Source: Eledone cirrhosa (taxonomy: Eukaryota). From it: a DNA stretch of 64,000 nucleotides. Below the pieces are notes generated by a model that saw only the letters and a list, made by a program, of their open reading frames with translations, was not told where the DNA came from and did no database searches. Numbering within the stretch: the stretch's first letter is position 1; each line of letters opens with the position of its first letter. A program made the translations under genes and the position numbers. Below, piece after piece: positions 13,625-31,914 of the stretch. The DNA lies in contig OZ024751.1 in the NCBI GenBank assembly GCA_964016885.1, positions 13,020,001 through 13,084,000 on the forward strand, in the 5' to 3' direction.

Positions 13625-13995
13625 TTCTTTCATTTCATCCCATCGAGGTCGATAAAAGAAATATCAGTCCCAGTACTGGAGGCGATTGTTCTACATCTCT
13701 TTCTCACTTCATTTCTCTTTCAATCTCTCTCTCTTTCAACCTCTCTCTTTCAATGTCTCTCTTTCAATCTATCTCTCTTTCAACCTTTCTCTTTCAATGT
13801 CTCTCTTTCAAATCTCTCTCTCTCTCTCTTTCAACCTCCCTCTCTTTCAATCTCTCTCTTTCAATGTCATAGATTTCATCTTTTAAGGTCGAGGTCGATA
13901 AAAAAATATCAAGTATCCGTCTCGTACCGGAGTCGATTGTTTCTCTCTATCTCATTCTCTCTTCATCTCTTTTCCAATCTCTCCCTTTTCTTCTC
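13625..13995 (+). mobile_element. Two tandem SINE-core fragments with CT-rich tails
   Basis: GAGGTCGATAAAAGAAATATCAGTCCCAGTACTGGAG at ~13645 matches ~4618-4655; a further diverged copy lies at ~13875-13940. Confidence 0.7.
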
Positions 13996-14005
13996 TGGAA
14001 ATAAG

Positions 14006-14151
14006 TGGCCGAGCGGCCGTGTTTAAACCAGGGGAACGGATTGGATCCGCCATATTCAAAAAGCCCCCAAACCTGCCGCATGTTACTGCGGCACTCATAC
14101 GATTCCACCAGGAGTTATAGATCATTACATGCAAGCATTACATTCTCAACA
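14006..14151 (+). pseudogene. Decayed coding-like segment, paralogous to 18121-18220
   Basis: Aligns by eye with 18121-18220, with third-position synonymous differences in the AVF, PPY and YDS..SY codons; frameshifted; product not recognised. Confidence 0.4.
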
Positions 14152-14171
14152 GTAAGACATCACGTCTATCG

Positions 14172-14284
14172 AGAGGCGCGTGACCTAGTGGTAAGGGTGT
14201 TGGATTTATGACCAAAACGTCGTGAGTTCGATTCCTTGACTGGGCTGTGTGATGTATTCTTGAAGAAAACACTTTATTTCACGT

Positions 14285-14287
<3 letters not shown>
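14172..14287 (+). mobile_element. tRNA-derived SINE head (family 2), truncated at (TA)n
   Basis: A-box-like TGACCTAGTGG and B-box-like GAGTTCGATTCC, followed by TTCTTGAAGAAAACACTTTATTTCAC; no acceptor stem. Confidence 0.65.
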
Positions 14288-14334
<47 letters not shown>

Positions 14335-14362
14335 TAACTCGTGTGCTTCCTCTCCACATTTT

Positions 14363-14413
<51 letters not shown>

Positions 14414-14578
14414 GCATAACATTCTCAATAGTAAGGCTAATAGTAAGGCTATGGTACATATCTATCAAATATATACATGCAAGTATATATACATACAACT
14501 AGATATTTATCTCTCTCAATATATATGCAAGCATAACATTCTCAATAGTAAATCATGATCGCTATGGTACATATCTAT

Positions 14579-14780
14579 CGCCACCGTCTACTTAATTATC
14601 TATCGAATATATAATTAAGTAGACGGTGGCGTGGCTGAGGGCTTATGAAGTTCGCTTCGAAAAGGTCTTTATAAGGTCTGGAGGTCGATTCCAATATGTG
14701 ATATCTTGGGTGCGTGCCGCCAATATTGTCACGGGTTGACCCAAGCGATTTGCGTGAAATTGGGTCGACAGAAACTCTGC
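14579..14780 (+). mobile_element. Diverged tRNA-derived SINE with a small 5' fold-back
   Basis: CGCCACCGTCTACTTAATTAT and ATAATTAAGTAGACGGTGGCG form an inverted pair, then GTGGCTGAGGG ... GGTCGATTCC boxes follow. Confidence 0.5.
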
Positions 14781-15030
14781 TTCCGAAGTTAATGTTTCAA
14801 GATGATGGGATGTACCCACAAAGTTTTCAATAATCCCTTTTTAAAACTTTACGACAAACGAAATGCTCCTACAGAGATCCAAACCGGTACTAACTTCATA
14901 GTAGCACAGTTCATATTCGTATCGAAAATCAGATCGGTTTTCTGCTGTTCTATATAGCAGGGAAACCCTATGCTCTGAGATGCAACCGGTACTAGCAGGG
15001 AAACCTTATGCTAGTCCCGTTAACCTCTTG

Positions 15031-15112
<82 letters not shown>

Positions 15113-15196
15113 TGCAAATCAGACCGATCAGTCACTGTATATTTCAGAAACCTTCATATATTTTAACTAGCTCAGATAGTTGGCAGGTAAGAAGTA

Positions 15197-15245
15197 AACT
15201 GCACTGATGAAGGGTAATCACCCAGAAACATTAGTGTCTGCAGTT
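15197..15245 (+). ncRNA. Type I hammerhead ribozyme motif
   Basis: Stem I AACTGCA/TGCAGTT, core CTGATGA, stem II GGGT-AATC-ACCC (flanked by extra A on each side), GAAA, stem III ACA-TTAG-TGT, predicted cleavage after GTC (C15238). Confidence 0.8.
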
Positions 15246-15369
15246 CGGTTTGCATGTCAATACAAGAGCGAGAATGAGGGGCTCATTCTACTGACATGGC
15301 TTATAAAAGAGGGTGTTTGCATAATTGCAAACGAATCGAATATTATTATTAATATTAGAAAAACTCAAA

Positions 15370-15370
<1 letters not shown>

Positions 15371-15461
<91 letters not shown>

Positions 15462-15642
15462 TCACTCACTCACTCACTCACTCACTCACTCACTCACTCA
15501 CTCACTCACTCACTCACTCACTCACTCACTCACTCACTCACTCACTCACTCACTCACTCACTCACTCACTCACTCACTCACTCACTCACTCACTCACTCA
15601 CACAAACACACAAACACATATATATATATATATATATATATA
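15371..15642. repeat. (CA)n, (CACT)n and (TA)n microsatellites
   Basis: Direct reading. Confidence 0.95.
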
Positions 15643-15874
15643 TCGCCTTTGATAAATTTTTTGCCGCGTTGTGTATATATATATATATATAAATTGTAGT
15701 ATCACCAGAAATGTATACAATAGTTACATAATATGATCAGACAACTGTATCTCTACCTCGTCAGCCATCTTTCTAATGTGCATTTTCGAGCATTAAGGTG
15801 GTATTGCACTTTTAATACCAGTTTGCATAACAGATTGGAGAACCTCTCAGTTACTAAGATACTTGTGAGGCAAT

Positions 15875-16015
15875 AACGGTTTCTGATTTAGGCATAAGAC
15901 CAACAATTTTGGGGGTAGGAGAAAGATAACTGAATCTACCTCAGTTCATTACTGGTACTTTATTTTATCGACCATCGACCTTAAGGATGAAAGGCAAAGC
16001 TAGCCTCGGCGGGAC
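15875..16015 (-). mobile_element. SINE family 1 fragment
   Basis: ACTGGTACTTTATTTTATCGACC...GGATGAAAGGCAAAG...CCTCGGCGGGA matches the family core. Confidence 0.7.
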
Positions 16016-16394
16016 CAAAAGAAAAATGAACAGGGAAATTTACGGGCAGTCTTTCGACAATGACAGACATAAACCCATAAAGATTTTAGGAATAGAAATA
16101 TATAACAGACTTAACATGTAAAAAATAAAATATTCAAACTCTAGAAGAAGAGAAATGTTTAACTTTCATCATGGTGGTTGGAGGAGTTTCAAAAAAAGAA
16201 GGTTCTGCTATATAGTGAGTTTGGGAGATAAAAGACAGAGAGATGGAGTAAAGAGGGGAAGAAGGAGGAAGGTGAGAGAACGATAGTTAAAGAAATGAGA
16301 AACAAGTTGTAGAGTGAGAAACAGAGATTGTTATTGCATTTTCCCTGTACTTTAACATGCATTGGCTTCCTCCCTGGTATTTTAATCACGAACA

Positions 16395-17682
<1,288 letters not shown>

Positions 17683-17917
17683 TGTGGGGTGAGAGAGAGC
17701 GAGAGAGTTTGTATGGGAGAATTGGTAGAGTCGATAGAATTAAAGCTTTGTGGAATTACTCCTGGTTCTCTTCTCAGTTCAAATCCTGTCGAGCTCAACT
17801 CTGTTTTTCATTCTGAGATTCTAGTATTGCCTATGATTAACCTTATATTATCAAAGACATAGAACAGGCTTCTATTAAAATACTTTAAAATATTTTTGCT
17901 TCTCTTTCAATATAAGA

Positions 17918-18800
17918 GGCAGCGAATTAACAGAGTCGTTAGAAGATCTGATAGAATGTTTTATGGTATTGGTTCCGGCTCTCTGCTGTCGGCGGCTAAA
18001 TCACCCGAGGTCAACGGTGCCTTTCATCCTTTCGAAGTCGATAAATAAAGTACCAGTCTAGTACTATATATATCTATATCTCTTTCTTATTTCTTTTCTC
18101 TCACTTGCTATCTTTCTCTAGAAGAATTCTGCTGTATTCGGGTCTGAAGAGGGATGGGCTCCGCCGTATGTCAATACGGTGCCCCTACGACTCTATCAGT
18201 AGTTACGGGACCATACATACATACTATGATTAACACTATATCACATACATGAAACAGGCTTATATTAAAATGTTTTAAAATATTTTTTGTTCTCTTTCAG
18301 CATAAGTACTTAAATGGTATTTTTTCTTCCAGGGTCGATAAATAAAGTTGGCTTGATGAAATATAAATATTATTCATTCTAACGTTGGTAGAAGGGCCAG
18401 CAATTTGATGGAAGTGGAAAGTCGATTATATTCATCCCAGTACTTAACTGGTACTTTATTTTTTTACCCTGGCAGGATGAAAAGCGAAGTTGACTTAATG
18501 AAAAGCAGGGTTTGGACTCAGAACATAAAAAGTCGTAACTAAACAATTTTATCTGACATTCTACCGATACTGCCAATTCTGTGCCCTTACAATACACATA
18601 TAATGGTTTCTGATCTACACACAATGCCAACGATTTGGGGAAAGGGGAAATTCGATTAAATCAACCCCAGTGCGTTACTGATGCTTTATTTTATCGACCC
18701 CCGTAATGATAAAAGGAAAAGCTATCCCAAAGAGCCATAACTCTATGCCGCGAAGCATGTTGTCCGACGCCCTACCGATACTGTCAATTTTCTGTCCTTA
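17918..18800. mobile_element. SINE family 1 copies (plus ~17918-18065; tandem minus copies ~18380-18800)
   Basis: Family core GCCTTTCATCCTTTCGAAGTCGATAAATAAAGTACCAG and its reverse complement. Confidence 0.7.
18121..18220 (+). pseudogene. Decayed coding-like segment, paralogous to 14006-14151
   Basis: Follows a polypyrimidine tract ending TCTCTAG; reads KNSAVFGSEEGWAPPY, then after a frameshift RCPYDSISSYGTIH. Confidence 0.4.
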
Positions 18801-19149
18801 CAGTACAAATATAATAAAAATCATCAACTCTTGCCTAAAGTTCCTAGGAACACAAGAGGGAATTTGACAATTATTGTCAATGAGAGCATACGATCTCAAT
18901 ACGGTTCGCCACACCTGCTCTACAGTGCTAAAGGATCTGCCTCTAGATGATTCATTAGGGAAACCACACAAGGTGTCAAATTAAAAGATTTGGGACTTGG
19001 AGGAAACGGCTACACAACCCAATAAAGGTGTTTCTATAGGGGCCAACGTACATACGATTTTACCTGGAGAAACTCTTCCTAACATCTTTCCTGACATAGT
19101 GGCTCACTTGTTGGATATTAGGGACACCCTTATTTTGTATGTAGGGCAG

Positions 19150-19675
19150 TTTCGATCGCTATGTATAGATTTGCTCGTTGGCGATGTAGGGTCACCCTCT
19201 GTAGTTATGTAAGGATATATAAAGGCTGACTCGCTCGTCGGCTAAGCAGGGGCTTTCTGCTCGGCTATGTAGGAAAACGCTCGTTGGTTAAGCAGGGGCT
19301 TTCAGCTCGGCTATGTAGGAAAACGCTCGTTGGTTAGCTAAGACAATATCAATGACTATATAGAGGCTCGCTGTTTGGCTACGAAGGAGCTCGCTGCTGT
19401 AGGAAGTCACTCGTTTGTTATGTAGGGACGTTCTCGTTTGCTAAGTAGGGGCATTCTAGTTGACTAAGTAGGGAATCATTCGTTTGCTATGTAGGGCGAT
19501 CTTGTTAACTATGTAGGGGTGTTCACGTTGGCAAGGTAGGGGCGTTTCCCTCAGCACCATCATCGTGTATGTATAAGCTCACTCGTACCCTTTGTAAAGG
19601 ATCACTTGTTAGCAATGTTAGGGATCGCTCTTTAGCCATGTAGGGACTCGCTCACTGGATATATAGAAGCATTCT
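19150..19675. repeat. Degenerate ~20-23 bp minisatellite (GCTCGTTGGCTATGTAGGG-like)
   Basis: Recurring TCGTT(G/T)G(C/T)TA(T/A)GTAGG motif at a roughly regular spacing. Confidence 0.75.
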
Positions 19676-20127
19676 TGTTGCTTCCTATCAGTAATTATTC
19701 TTTTGTTCACTTTTTTGTGTTTTCACTCATTTTTTACTATCGAAATGCTTACATGATAATTCTACACTGCACATATTATAGCTGTTCATGTTTTTTCGTT
19801 TTTTTTGTTTTTTTTTGTTTTTTTTTGTCATGTGAAAGACAGAGGTGGTGTCCATGGTTGGGGAGGTTGCTAGGATGTTTTTTGTGGTTGGGTAGGTCAT
19901 GCTTGTAGAGCATTTGTGGAATCAGTGATGCGTGAAGAATGGCTCTTACTTGATTAGGTTGTCATTTCGCTCCAGACAAACAGTTATCTATTGTAATGAA
20001 TAAACTAATAAAAAACAAATAGAAAAAGAAAACAATTACTTTCTCTATATATTTTTTAATCTCTTGTCTTTCTTTCTTTCTTACGACCGCCTCTTTATAC
20101 ACACACACACTCACACACACACATACG

Positions 20128-20170
<43 letters not shown>

Positions 20171-20432
20171 ATTGTATGCATATATATATGTATATACTTA
20201 TATGCATATATATAAATATGTTTATATATATATATAAATGTTCATATACATAAATATGTATGCATGTATGTGTGTGTGTATATACGCATGTTTTGTGTAA
20301 ATGTAAATATTATATATATGTAATTTTATGAATACATACACACACATATAGAGATAAATTATATACAAATATGTGTGTGTTAACATTTATATATACATAT
20401 ATACACATACATGTATAAATATATATATATAC

Positions 20433-20479
<47 letters not shown>

Positions 20480-20764
20480 TATATACAGACATACATATAC
20501 ACATTCATATATACATAGTAATTACAGATCAAACAATGAAGCTGATTGGAAGCCCATCATCATACAATGTCGTCTGCTTTCAGTGAAAATGAAATGGCAT
20601 GGGAGATTCGTGTCTGGTGATTGGGTCACATGTGATGACATCTCTTGTACAGTTCACATTCTAATTACTGCAGGACAGAAACAGGCGAAGGGAGGACAAG
20701 ATGGCGTCTAGTTGTCGGCCATTGTCCATATTTTACTGATATTAATGTAGAGAATATGTTTTCT

Positions 20765-21149
20765 TTTTCGTTTTCTTTCTCTCTCATTCTTTCTCTCTCA
20801 TTCTTTCACACTCATTCTTTCTCTCTCATTGTTTCTCTCTCATTCTTTCTCTCTCATTCTCTCTCTCATTCTTTCTCTCTCATTGTTTCTTTCTCATTCT
20901 TTCTCTCTCATTCTTTCTCTCTCATTCTTTCTCTCTCATTCTTTCTCTCTCATTCTTTATCTCTCATTCTTTCACACTCATTCTTTCTCTCTCATTCTTT
21001 CACACTCATTCTTTCTCTCTCATTGTTTCTCTCTCATTCTTTCTCTCTCATTCTTTCTCTCTCATCCTTTCCCACTTATTCTTTCTCACTCATTCTTTCA
21101 CACTCATTCTTTCCCTCTCATTCGTTCACACTCATTCTTTCACTCTCAT

Positions 21150-21233
<84 letters not shown>
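20765..21233. repeat. 14-bp CTCTCTCATTCTTT minisatellite then (CT)n
   Basis: Direct reading. Confidence 0.85.
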
Positions 21234-21237
<4 letters not shown>

Positions 21238-21274
21238 GTGTTTTCACAATAATTTCACGTTCCACAAAATACTT

Positions 21275-22932
21275 TGTGTATATGTATGCATATATTGACA
21301 GAGACAAACAATATTTATGCATGTCTGTGTATATATATATATATATGTATATATTTATATATGTACACAAATATATATATGTATATATATATATATATTT
21401 ATATATGTACACAAATATATATATATGTATATATATACATATATATATGTGTGTCTGTATATATTTATATATATGCATATGTGTATATGCATATACATAT
21501 GTGTATATGTTTATGTATATATATGTATGTATATGCATATATGTTTATGTATATATATGTATGTATATGCATATATGTATATGCATATATATATATGTAT
21601 ATGTATATGTTTATGCATATGTATATGTGTATATGTATATGTTTCTGTATGTATATATATGTATATGTACATATGTATGTATGTATATATATGTGTATGT
21701 ATACATGTGTGTATATATGTATATATATATATATGTGTGTATATATGTATATATATATATGTGTGTATATATATATGTTATATATATGTGTATACATATG
21801 TTATAGATATATGTATATATATATATGTGTATACATATGTTATAGATATATGTATATATATATATGTGTATACATATGTTATAGATATATGTATATATAT
21901 ATATATATGTGTATGTGTATACATATGTTATATGTGTATACATATGTTATATGTATATATATATATATGCTATATATGTGTGTATACATATGTTGTATAT
22001 ATATATGTTATATATATATTTGTATACATACGTTATATATATGTTATATATATATATGTGTATACATGTTATATATATATGTGTATACATAAGTTATATA
22101 TATGAGAATATATATATGTTATATATATGTGTATACATATGTTATATATATAGGTATAAATATACGTCTGTATGTATATGTATATATATACGTGTGCATA
22201 TATGTGTATGTATAAATATATATGTACGTATATATATGCATGTATATATATGTAAGTATATATGTGTGTATATATATATATGTGTGTATATATATATATG
22301 TGTGTATATATATATATGTGTGTGTATATATATGTGTGTATATATGTGTGTGTATATCTATATATATATATATGTGTGTATATATATGTATATATATATA
22401 TGTGTGTGTGTGTGTATATATATATGTATATATATGTGTGTGTATATATATATATGTGTGTGTATATATATGTGTGTATACATATATGTGTGTGTATACA
22501 TATATATGTGTGTATATATATATGTGTATATATATATATGTGTGTATACATATATATGTGTGTATATATATACGTGTGTATATATATGTACGTGAATATT
22601 TATATGTGTATATATATGTGTCTATATGTATATATATATGTATGTATATGTATGTATATATGTGTATATATATAGATATATGTATGTATATATAACATTC
22701 CTCTATAGTTTCTAGCTGACTAGTCGTGACTAACATTGGGATAGAAACATCAAAGTTCATGTAGCCTTTCTTTGGTTTATATATACATATATATATATAT
22801 AATGTGTGCGTGTGCGTATACATACATATATGTATATACATAGATGTATATTTATATATATATATATTTATTTATATATATATATATATTTATAAATATA
22901 TAAATATATATATATATTTATATATTTATATA

Positions 22933-22969
<37 letters not shown>

Positions 22970-23053
22970 TTATATATATTTATATATATATATATATATA
23001 TACATATATATACATATATATATATACATATATGTATATATACTTATGTATAC

Positions 23054-23086
<33 letters not shown>

Positions 23087-23219
23087 CATATATATACATA
23101 TATATATATGTGCGTGTGTGTATATATTTATATACATAAATATATGCATATACATACATATATATATATATATGCATACATATACATGTATATATATATA
23201 TATATATATATGCATACAT

Positions 23220-23263
<44 letters not shown>

Positions 23264-23432
23264 ATATATATATACATATATATATATACATGAATATATA
23301 TATACATGTATATATATATATATGTATATATCCATATATATTTTTCATGTATATATATATATATACATGTATATATACATGTATATGTATATATACATGT
23401 ATATATATATATATATACATGTATATGTATAT

Positions 23433-23463
<31 letters not shown>

Positions 23464-23760
23464 CATGTACATATATATATATATACATGTACATATATAT
23501 ATATACATGTATATTTATATATATATACATGTATATATATATATACATGTTTATGTATATATACATGTATATATATATATATATATATACATGTATATAT
23601 ATATATATATACATGTATATATATATATACATGTATATATATATATATATACATGTATATATATATATACATGTATATATATATATACATGTATATATAT
23701 ATATACATGCATATATATATATACAAGTATATATATATCTACATCTATATACATATATAT
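21275..23760. repeat. Interrupted (TA)n/(TG)n arrays
   Basis: Direct reading; short unique island at ~22695-22780. Confidence 0.95.
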
Positions 23761-24590
23761 ATCAAATTTCTTTCATTGCACAACTGCAACATCGTCAGTG
23801 GTGCTATTGTTTCCTCCCGTTGCATTGTATAACTACGCCATCTTTATTTAGTCTTGTTTTTTTTTTATCTATGTTGTCTATGTTACCGTCGTGTTGTTGT
23901 CAGTACCATACGAACATGCCAGACAACAACACGACGGTAACATAGACAACATAGAAATTAGATTAATATATAAACATAGAAATGACCCAGCAGATAGGCA
24001 AATCAGAGAGGCCAGTGAAATAGAACATAGAAAGCCAAGGCTAAACAGAAAAAAATGAATGTAATAACAACAACACCCAAATAAACAACACTGACCTAAG
24101 ATAAGTATAAATAAATAAATACATACACAAGCACAATAACAACAAACACATATAAACACACACTAGTAAAGATAGAATACATTAACCAACACACAGTCAC
24201 CCAAACACGAACTTACATCAAATAAAACACTATACACACACGCAAACGCATGCGCAAAGAAGACAAAAAAATAAACAAATAAATAAATATATAAACAGAC
24301 TAAATAAAGATGGCGTAGACATACAATGCAACGGGAGGAAACAATAGCACCACTGACGATGTTGCAGATGTGCAACGAAAGAAATTTGATTGACTATATA
24401 TATGTGTTTGTGTCTATATTGTATCTGTATTTTTGACCGTTGGTCAGTCAATGGCAACATTGAGGACCGAATAAATTAAATTAACCGATATAAAACACAC
24501 AGAAACGAAAACAGCCAAACAGTGATTGTGTTCTCATATTAATTCTGGCAATATTACACAAATATGACCCTCCCCAAGTGTAACAATATA
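23761..24590 (+). mobile_element. Penelope-like 3' fragment with inverted 5' arm (family B)
   Basis: 23761-23855 is an inverted copy of ~24295-24390; ~23908-24057 reads [49 protein letters not shown] (GIY-YIG C-terminus-like); hammerhead-like motif at 24349-24390; ends ATGACCCTCCCCAAGTGTAACAAT as in family H. Confidence 0.75.
24349..24390 (+). ncRNA. Minimal hammerhead-like motif (inverted copy at ~23761-23802)
   Basis: CTGACGA-T-GTTGCA-GATG-TGCAAC-GAAA-GAAA-TT; stem II is 6 bp, stem I is weak. Confidence 0.55.
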
Positions 24591-24601
24591 TATATATATA
24601 T

Positions 24602-24641
<40 letters not shown>

Positions 24642-24658
24642 ATAGATATATATACATG

Positions 24659-24689
<31 letters not shown>

Positions 24690-24694
24690 ATATA

Positions 24695-24750
24695 TTCTTT
24701 TACTCTTTTACCTGTTTCAGCCATCCGGCTGAGGCCATGCTGGGGCACCG
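24695..24750 (-). mobile_element. Isolated 3' tail of the LINE found at 52-60 kb
   Basis: Reverse complement CGGTGCCCCAGCATGGCCTCAGCCGGATGGCTGAAACAGGTAAAAGAGTAAAAGAA matches ~60711-60766. Confidence 0.9.
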
Positions 24751-25044
24751 ACCTTGTAATATTTATTCCAACTCTTTGTGGTCAGCGTTCTAATCCCGGT
24801 GTGCCCTACTAGGGGGAGATAATTCCCTGTCCATTTGTTGCAAACATTTGGGCCATTTGAGTTTAATTTCTTACACATCTACGTGTCTTGAAGACCCTTT
24901 AAAACCGGGTATTTGCCTGCTACTTTTAGTTGGCCATGTAGAGGACTCCTTGTTGACTTCATTTTGTTGATTATGATAATGATGATGATGACAGTTGTAA
25001 AGTTTTGACAAGACTGAGCTGCAAAGCAAAAACATATATATATA

Positions 25045-25085
<41 letters not shown>

Positions 25086-25086
<1 letters not shown>

Positions 25087-25853
25087 TTACAATTTAGAAA
25101 TTAAAAATATATGATCAACACTACTGTGTTTTTTTTGCAAAATGACAATAATCTTTTAGCCAGATAGAAATACCTTAATTCAAGTACATATAGTCCGTCT
25201 GTATCGATCTAGAGAATTTTAAATATTAAATCTATACTTACAGACGTAAAATGGCAACTGCCTGGTGCCGAGACAAGTTTAAATTTCAAAATTCAAACCT
25301 TTTCAGCAGATCGGGCAGAACTTCAAAACATAAACCTGTTTCACAAGGGATGTTATACTAATGAAATAATTAATTAATTATGGAACAACCATTTATAAAA
25401 TAATTATTAGTGGAGTAATCAATTTTCTGTGATCTACGGTAGGCACCCAGAAATTAAAATCACTTCTCCTAAGATAGTATCTTAAGACTGATCTGTCGCA
25501 AGCCTAATACATGTGCTTTGCACACGACCTTCTCAGCATTCTGGCACATATCCATGGCGCTAGAAATAACAGCCGTGAATATGTGATTATGAATTCAGCT
25601 CGACCGTAGGAGCAGATAATTTCAGTTTAGTAGTCATTTACAAATATTAAGCTCTAAGAAAAATACTTCTGAGCATTACATTACAATTTAGAAATTAAAA
25701 ATTAAAAAAATATATGATCAACACTACTGTGTTTTTTTTGCAAAATGACAATAATTTTTTAGCCAGATAGAAATAACTATTTCAGGTATTTCTATCTCTG
25801 GCTAAAAATTATTGTCATTCTATTTGAAAAAACACAGTAGTGTTGATTATATA
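25086..25853. mobile_element. Element with direct plus inverted terminal repeats (family C)
   Basis: 25086-25172 is repeated directly at ~25681-25775, which folds back on 25787-25853; flanked by (TA)n. Confidence 0.6.
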
Positions 25854-29781
<3,928 letters not shown>

Positions 29782-29993
29782 TTGTTATACTTATACTTAA
29801 ATTTCACTCCCAACTAATTAGTTTCTGAAAGGGATTAAACGTACTATCCGAAGAGCGCACGGAGAAGCCTTTCGTCATCAGGGAAGTCTATTCTCAGCTA
29901 AGTTTCCAGGCAATACGTGGACACAGGGAACTTATACAAAAATAATTCAGTGGATGGAAAAAGCAAAGCGAGGACTAATTCCAAGCCATTGAT

Positions 29994-30593
29994 AAAATCA
30001 CTACCTACTGCGTCATGATTGATTCTTTTGAATTTCCCACCGACGCAGTAGGCAGTGATTTTATCCGACCTACACCCCCCCCCCCCCCCCCCTCAACACA
30101 CACACACACACCTCTTCCTGAACATGCTACCCCGTTCTTCTCGCAACCCTTACTTTCACATACACACACACACACGTACACCTACACACACACCACCTTC
30201 AGCCCTCCACGCTCGGACACCCCGTCTCCCTCTCCCCACTCCACCCGCCACCACCCCTACACACCCCACACCCTTCCACCACCTGTTTTACCCCTTTTTA
30301 ATTTCAGTTTATTTTGATCATGCTTTTATATTTAATTTTATTTCATTCCTTGTATTTTGATCATGCTTTATTTTTATTTTTATTTTAATTTCATTCGCAC
30401 CGTTTCCTTTCGCTATATGTCTCTCCACCACTCCCCTACACACCCTTTGAACTCTGTTTCCACACACTTCTCACCTGAGGAAGGGCTTATGCCCGAAACG
30501 TCGTTCCCCACCACCACCCCACTCTCCAGAGCGTGAAATTAATAAACATTCGTTGTACTGCCTCTCTGTTTTGTTCCTGTTCAATTTTTTTCC
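29994..30593 (+). mobile_element. pLTR-like fragment with small 5' hairpin and hammerhead motif (family D), cut by the gap
   Basis: AAAATCACTACCTACTGCGTC and GACGCAGTAGGCAGTGATTTT form an inverted pair; C-rich body; hammerhead motif at 30473-30504; AATAAA at 30541. Confidence 0.55.
30473..30504 (+). ncRNA. Minimal hammerhead ribozyme motif
   Basis: AC-CTGAGGA-A-GGGC-TTAT-GCCC-GAAA-CG-TC-GT; palindromic ACGT in place of stem III, as described for dimer-acting PLE hammerheads; stem I only 2 bp. Confidence 0.65.
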
Positions 30594-30793
30594 NNNNNNN
30601 NNNNNNNNNNNNNNNNNNNNNNNNNNNNNNNNNNNNNNNNNNNNNNNNNNNNNNNNNNNNNNNNNNNNNNNNNNNNNNNNNNNNNNNNNNNNNNNNNNNN
30701 NNNNNNNNNNNNNNNNNNNNNNNNNNNNNNNNNNNNNNNNNNNNNNNNNNNNNNNNNNNNNNNNNNNNNNNNNNNNNNNNNNNNNNNNNNNNN
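30594..30793. other. Assembly gap (200 N)
   Basis: Run of N. Confidence 1.
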
Positions 30794-31043
30794 ACAATGC
30801 CTGGTAACAGCAACGGCGAACAATCTATACAAAACAGAAAAGAAAATAACACAAAGTGCCCAATTCATTAAATCCACAAGGTACCCTAGCACGCCTGCTA
30901 GGTGGGGTCAAACCCAAACATATATATAGAGATTATAAAGACATCCTACAAAAGACATGCTACATCCACGTAAATTTATAAATCTGGCTCAAAATAACAT
31001 GTTACTTCGTTTATCGCCGCTATATATATACATATACATACAC

Positions 31044-31095
<52 letters not shown>

Positions 31096-31163
31096 ATACA
31101 TATACATATATATACATATACATATATATATATACATATATATATACATACATATACATACAC

Positions 31164-31285
<122 letters not shown>

Positions 31286-31365
31286 ATGTATATATATACA
31301 TACATATACATACACAGATATATAAATATATATATATATATATATACATACATATTCATACACAG

Positions 31366-31408
<43 letters not shown>

Positions 31409-31446
31409 CATATACATACACAGATATATATATATATATATATATA

Positions 31447-31805
31447 TACGATATTAACAAATGGATACTATATTTATAAAACCATATGTATTTCATTATA
31501 CATATTTCAAGGACACCAAGTTAAATTATGGTGTGCTTTCGGGAGCTTCCAACAGTAATGGTTGCAGTTTTTAAGGGTATGTCAATATTTATTTATAAAA
31601 ATGATCTATATTATATTTTGTCTGATGAAAGCACACCATAATTTAACTTGGTATCCTTGAAATATGTATAATGAAATAAATATGGTTTTATAAATATAGT
31701 TTCCATTTGTTAATATCGTATGTTTACTCCAAATACTTGTTGAGTGCTTTATATCAGTTATAAAAATATTTGCTTGTTGTATCCCAACAATTTAAATAGA
31801 ACTTT

Positions 31806-31809
<4 letters not shown>
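31447..31809 (+). mobile_element. Fold-back mini-element, family E
   Basis: Arms 31447-31540 and 31627-31720; CTGATGA...GAAATATGTA motif in the forward arm; 89-nt tail homologous to 46388-46475 and partly to 56130-56170. Confidence 0.75.
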
Positions 31810-31884
<75 letters not shown>

Positions 31885-31914
31885 ATATACATACATATAT
31901 ATATATATATATAT

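Noticed and set aside
13952-14134. C-type lectin-like exon on the minus strand (W..AAVTCGRFGGFL)
   Set aside because: No flanking splice signals, an upstream stop codon, and the synonymous divergence pattern favours the plus strand.
14172-14245. tRNA gene
   Set aside because: A and B boxes are present, but there is no cloverleaf or acceptor stem; it is a SINE head.
30471-30892. ORFs spanning the N run
   Set aside because: Artefacts of the assembly gap.
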